64,000 nt of DNA from Spirochaetota bacterium. Lineage in GTDB: Bacteria; Spirochaetota; UBA4802; UBA5550. Below the pieces are notes generated by a model. That model made no database searches and was not told the DNA's origin. It saw nothing but the letters and a program-made list of their open reading frames with translations. Shown in pieces: positions 62,401-64,000 of the stretch; position 1 is the stretch's first letter, and every line of letters begins with the position of its first letter. The stretch covers positions 3,040,001 through 3,104,000 of the forward strand of contig OY760686.1 of NCBI GenBank assembly GCA_963663865.1, written 5' to 3'. The position numbers and the translations under genes were made by a program.

Positions 62401-62833
62401 CCCCCGAAAAAGATGCAATTTTACAAACAGCCTTTCCGTCTTCACGGGCATTGAGCCCCGTCACGTATAGCTTATAAAACCTGTACTGCACCGGCGGAAG
62501 CGGAAGAATATAGGGACTTCCGCTGCATCTGTATGCAGACTCTGATTTAAGAACATGCCACAGACTGCCATCGGTACTCGCTTCTATTCTGAAGTCGCGC
62601 GGAAAAGACTTCTCTTCGGATGGGACCGGAGCGATCTCTATGCTGTCTATTACAGGCGAATCCTTAAGATCAATAACCACGTATTCAGGCCTGCCGTCAA
62701 AGCCCTCTGAAGTCTGCCAGAATCCGCCCTCTTTCAACAGATTGCCCGCGGAATGAGCCGCATCCGACTCGGACGAGAAGGAGTGTATTGATGACTGATA
62801 CTTCTGAGCTCTGCTTATGTTTATAAATTTCAT
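59492..62833 (-). CDS. Discoidin-domain, phage-tail-fibre-like repeat protein with C-terminal peptidase-G2/intramolecular-chaperone-like domain
   Basis: Two F5/8C-like domains (FPRDFRIEASTDG..W; IDLG...FP..F.VDISTDG), 16 x 32-aa repeats, HxH motifs, C-terminal VEMF..PGDL..VVGIV..VALAGRV..PGDLIVTS..G..IGKAL. Confidence 0.75.
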   Translation of the reverse strand: MKFINISRAQKYQSSIHSFSSESDAAHSAGNLLKEGGFWQTSEGFDGRPEYVVIDLKDSPVIDSIEIAPVPSEEKSFPRDFRIEASTDGSLWHVLKSESAYRCSGSPYILPLPPVQYRFYKLYVTGLNAREDGKAVCKIASFSGGISGVAAVTADSASAETSAENLFRGAHDLVWRSPSRGKSGLETLLIDLGAVYHVNRIIIGASSGLFPEKFNVDISTDGELFLPLFEEKSFKAEPMKRYSWNMEICPVRYIRFEGRGAKDTAGGFSIELASLEIFAALFDYSHAHNASGMPQYASTFQAGIVKLAADGGDSPGTAVQGSDRRLCDATTIFKGIVQLAEDGDNSAGIAVQGSDSRLKPATEEKNGIVRLAYDRETQPGTAVQGSDSRLSEATDSTFGIVKLCPDGLYTGSAVITGNDSRIQKATDSSFGIVKLAKNGENTIGCVVQADDRRLRDASTAFKGIVELAEDGESSEGVAIQGNDRRLKDATTGSRGIVELAEDGEDAAGVVVQGNDRRLKDATTGSRGIVELAEDGEDAAGVVVQGNDRRLKDATTGSRGIVELAEDGEDAAGVVVQGNDRRLKDASETFKGIMQFAPDGTEKPLTAVQASDKRLRPSTTLSPGIVELAEDGEDAAGVVVQGNDRRLRDATTGSRGIVELAEDGEDRPGVVVQGNDKRLKDATEDSAGIMRFASDGDSSPFAAVQGSDKRLRKASTLSPGIVELAEDGEDAAGVVVQGNDRRLKEATTISRGIVELGEDGEEKKGVAVQGSDRRLKPATEKTPGIVRLAQQGENKEGTAVQGNDPRLYDRREPLEHTHDYAPLLHEFKSHSGTISIKQERNEAFPDITPPSDGSAVIYGQNASKEAGSIGVAGVAGILSTKTVQSYGVVGHGGFVGVRGQSAGGENGVSGCGVLGLSRFGAGGVFSSEHGFSLVADGFGRLSDYDKSVNLAGNGDALLVNGRSVFDGQVKITGDGKGQYPASIVEMFVVEETEYISPGDLLVVSDSGKSALKRSSAPYSQSVVGIVAGNPMLVINNSGDEQKAYPVALAGRVMCKVDARKGPVNPGDLIVTSDTPGCGIRGKIDSFDKIGTVIGKALDRIDEGIGLIPVFITHL
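60413..61948 (-). repeat. 16 tandem 96-bp (32-aa) coding repeats, consensus DATTxxxGIVELAEDGExxxGVVVQGNDRRLK
   Basis: Units counted in the translation; identical AATCGGCGGTCATTGCCCTGTA at 61185, 61281 and 61377 (96-bp period). Confidence 0.95.
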
Positions 62834-62872
62834 TTTTACTCCAGATTCTGAAAATAATTTGCGGCAGCTGTG

Positions 62873-63415
62873 CTATTGCGCCTTTAGCCGTATTCTCGGT
62901 TCAAAATAGCCGTCAGAGTTGTTTCCGTCTATTACAATCCTTGTTGGACTGACAATCAGGGTTCTTTGTCCATTTTTCTGCTTCACCAGCCTTCCCTTGA
63001 ACAGAAAATAGGATGACTTTGTCTTAACGTACCCGGAAGTTATGTTTATGTATCTTGTCTGTGGAACCTTTTTCATCTCTGAAAGATTGACCCTTATCGT
63101 CTGGTCATCTTCAAGCGTATAGATACCTCTAAAAACGAGAGCGTGAGTATTCAGCCTCAGCGTTATAACAGCCCTGTAATTTTTGTAGAACCTGAACTCG
63201 TAGCCGTATCCGTCCGGATAAAAAAGCTGCCACACACCCCTTATTCCCTCAAAATCCAGTGGGATATTGTCTCCCTTATCCTCCGGTGCTTCTTCAACCA
63301 GAGGCTCAGTTTCAACTTCTTCAGCGGGCTTTTCCTTTATGCATGATGAAGCCGCAACAAAAATAAACAGAATTCCTGTTATTACAGCAAAGATATTCAT
63401 TCGTCTTTTTAACAT
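62873..63415 (-). CDS. Putative lipoprotein with beta-rich (lipocalin-like) body
   Basis: Lipobox ASS-C, acidic linker, GVWQL motif; 39 nt upstream of the fibre gene. Confidence 0.65.
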   Translation of the reverse strand: MLKRRMNIFAVITGILFIFVAASSCIKEKPAEEVETEPLVEEAPEDKGDNIPLDFEGIRGVWQLFYPDGYGYEFRFYKNYRAVITLRLNTHALVFRGIYTLEDDQTIRVNLSEMKKVPQTRYINITSGYVKTKSSYFLFKGRLVKQKNGQRTLIVSPTRIVIDGNNSDGYFEPRIRLKAQ

Positions 63416-63568
63416 GATTCCACCTTTGACAGGGCTGTTTCCAGCCGGGAAAGATTTATTTTACCGGGTAGACAGTCTGCTGCAGTTTTTTTTAATTTAC
63501 TGATATGTCAATAATCATTTACAGCAGGTCATAACTTCAGGCAAATTTTCTGCCGAGACATCAATATG

Positions 63569-63597
63569 TTGACAAAATAGCGGTCTTTTATTAAATT
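63569..63597 (+). promoter_or_regulatory. Sigma-70 promoter of ssrA
   Basis: TTGACA-N17-TAAATT. Confidence 0.6.
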
Positions 63598-63606
63598 GTA
63601 TGTGCA

Positions 63607-63956
63607 GGGGACGATTTTGGTTTCGACTGCAATTGCTGGTCTTCAGTGGCATGCCGAGTATCCTGTCTTCTCGTAAAAAATGGCAGGAATGATTTAACTG
63701 CAAACGACAACTTTGCACTAGCGGCTTAATCCCCGCTACGTCTCCGAAGGCTCCTGTCCTCTGGGATCTTCACGAGGCGTCATAATCAGAGGATAGCCAA
63801 TGAACAGTCTCCCGGGTTCAGAGGTGAAATTTAAGGGAGAACGGCATGCAGGACGGTGCCTTTCCCGGCCCGCATACTGTAACAAAAGAACAGGCTAAGC
63901 ATGTAGAAGCTGTGGATTTGGATTGTAGGACGCGGGTTCGACTCCCGCCGTCTCCA
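63607..63956 (+). ncRNA. ssrA: tmRNA, tag peptide (A)ANDNFALAA
   Basis: 5' GGGGACG pairs with 3' CGTCTCC-A including G3-U; T-arm GCGGGTTCGACTCCCGC; tag ORF GCA AAC GAC AAC TTT GCA CTA GCG GCT TAA at 63700-63729. Confidence 0.97.
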
Positions 63957-64000
63957 AGACTTAACTCCCTATTCCTCAAGAAATCCGGCTATATCCATAG

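Overview
Core chromosomal region of a bacterium, most likely an anaerobic Leptospira-related spirochaete. This lineage call is an inference from the OmpL47-like, DUF1577/PilZ-like and discoidin-fibre genes, which occur alongside class III RNR, NfnAB and Hcp. The window holds an anaerobic RNR operon, nfnAB, a TolC/RND pair, hcp with a Crp/Fnr regulator, gltBD, glyS, the rimP-nusA-infB-rbfA-truB-rpsO-pnp cluster, uvrD/pcrA, carD, PBP1A, HtrA, trxA and tmRNA. I saw no CRISPR array, IS element or prophage. Highlights: (1) NrdD lacks its C-terminal glycyl-radical domain, which is encoded as a separate 58-aa gene (3180-3356) missing from the ORF track; (2) a 1113-aa phage-tail-fibre-like protein (two discoidin domains, 16 x 32-aa repeats, C-terminal chaperone-like domain) sits among housekeeping genes; (3) an ACT/malic-enzyme homologue has lost its catalytic motifs; (4) a 111-nt rod-like RNA structure lies upstream of the OmpL47-like gene. 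All calls come from manual motif recognition; no database searches were run.
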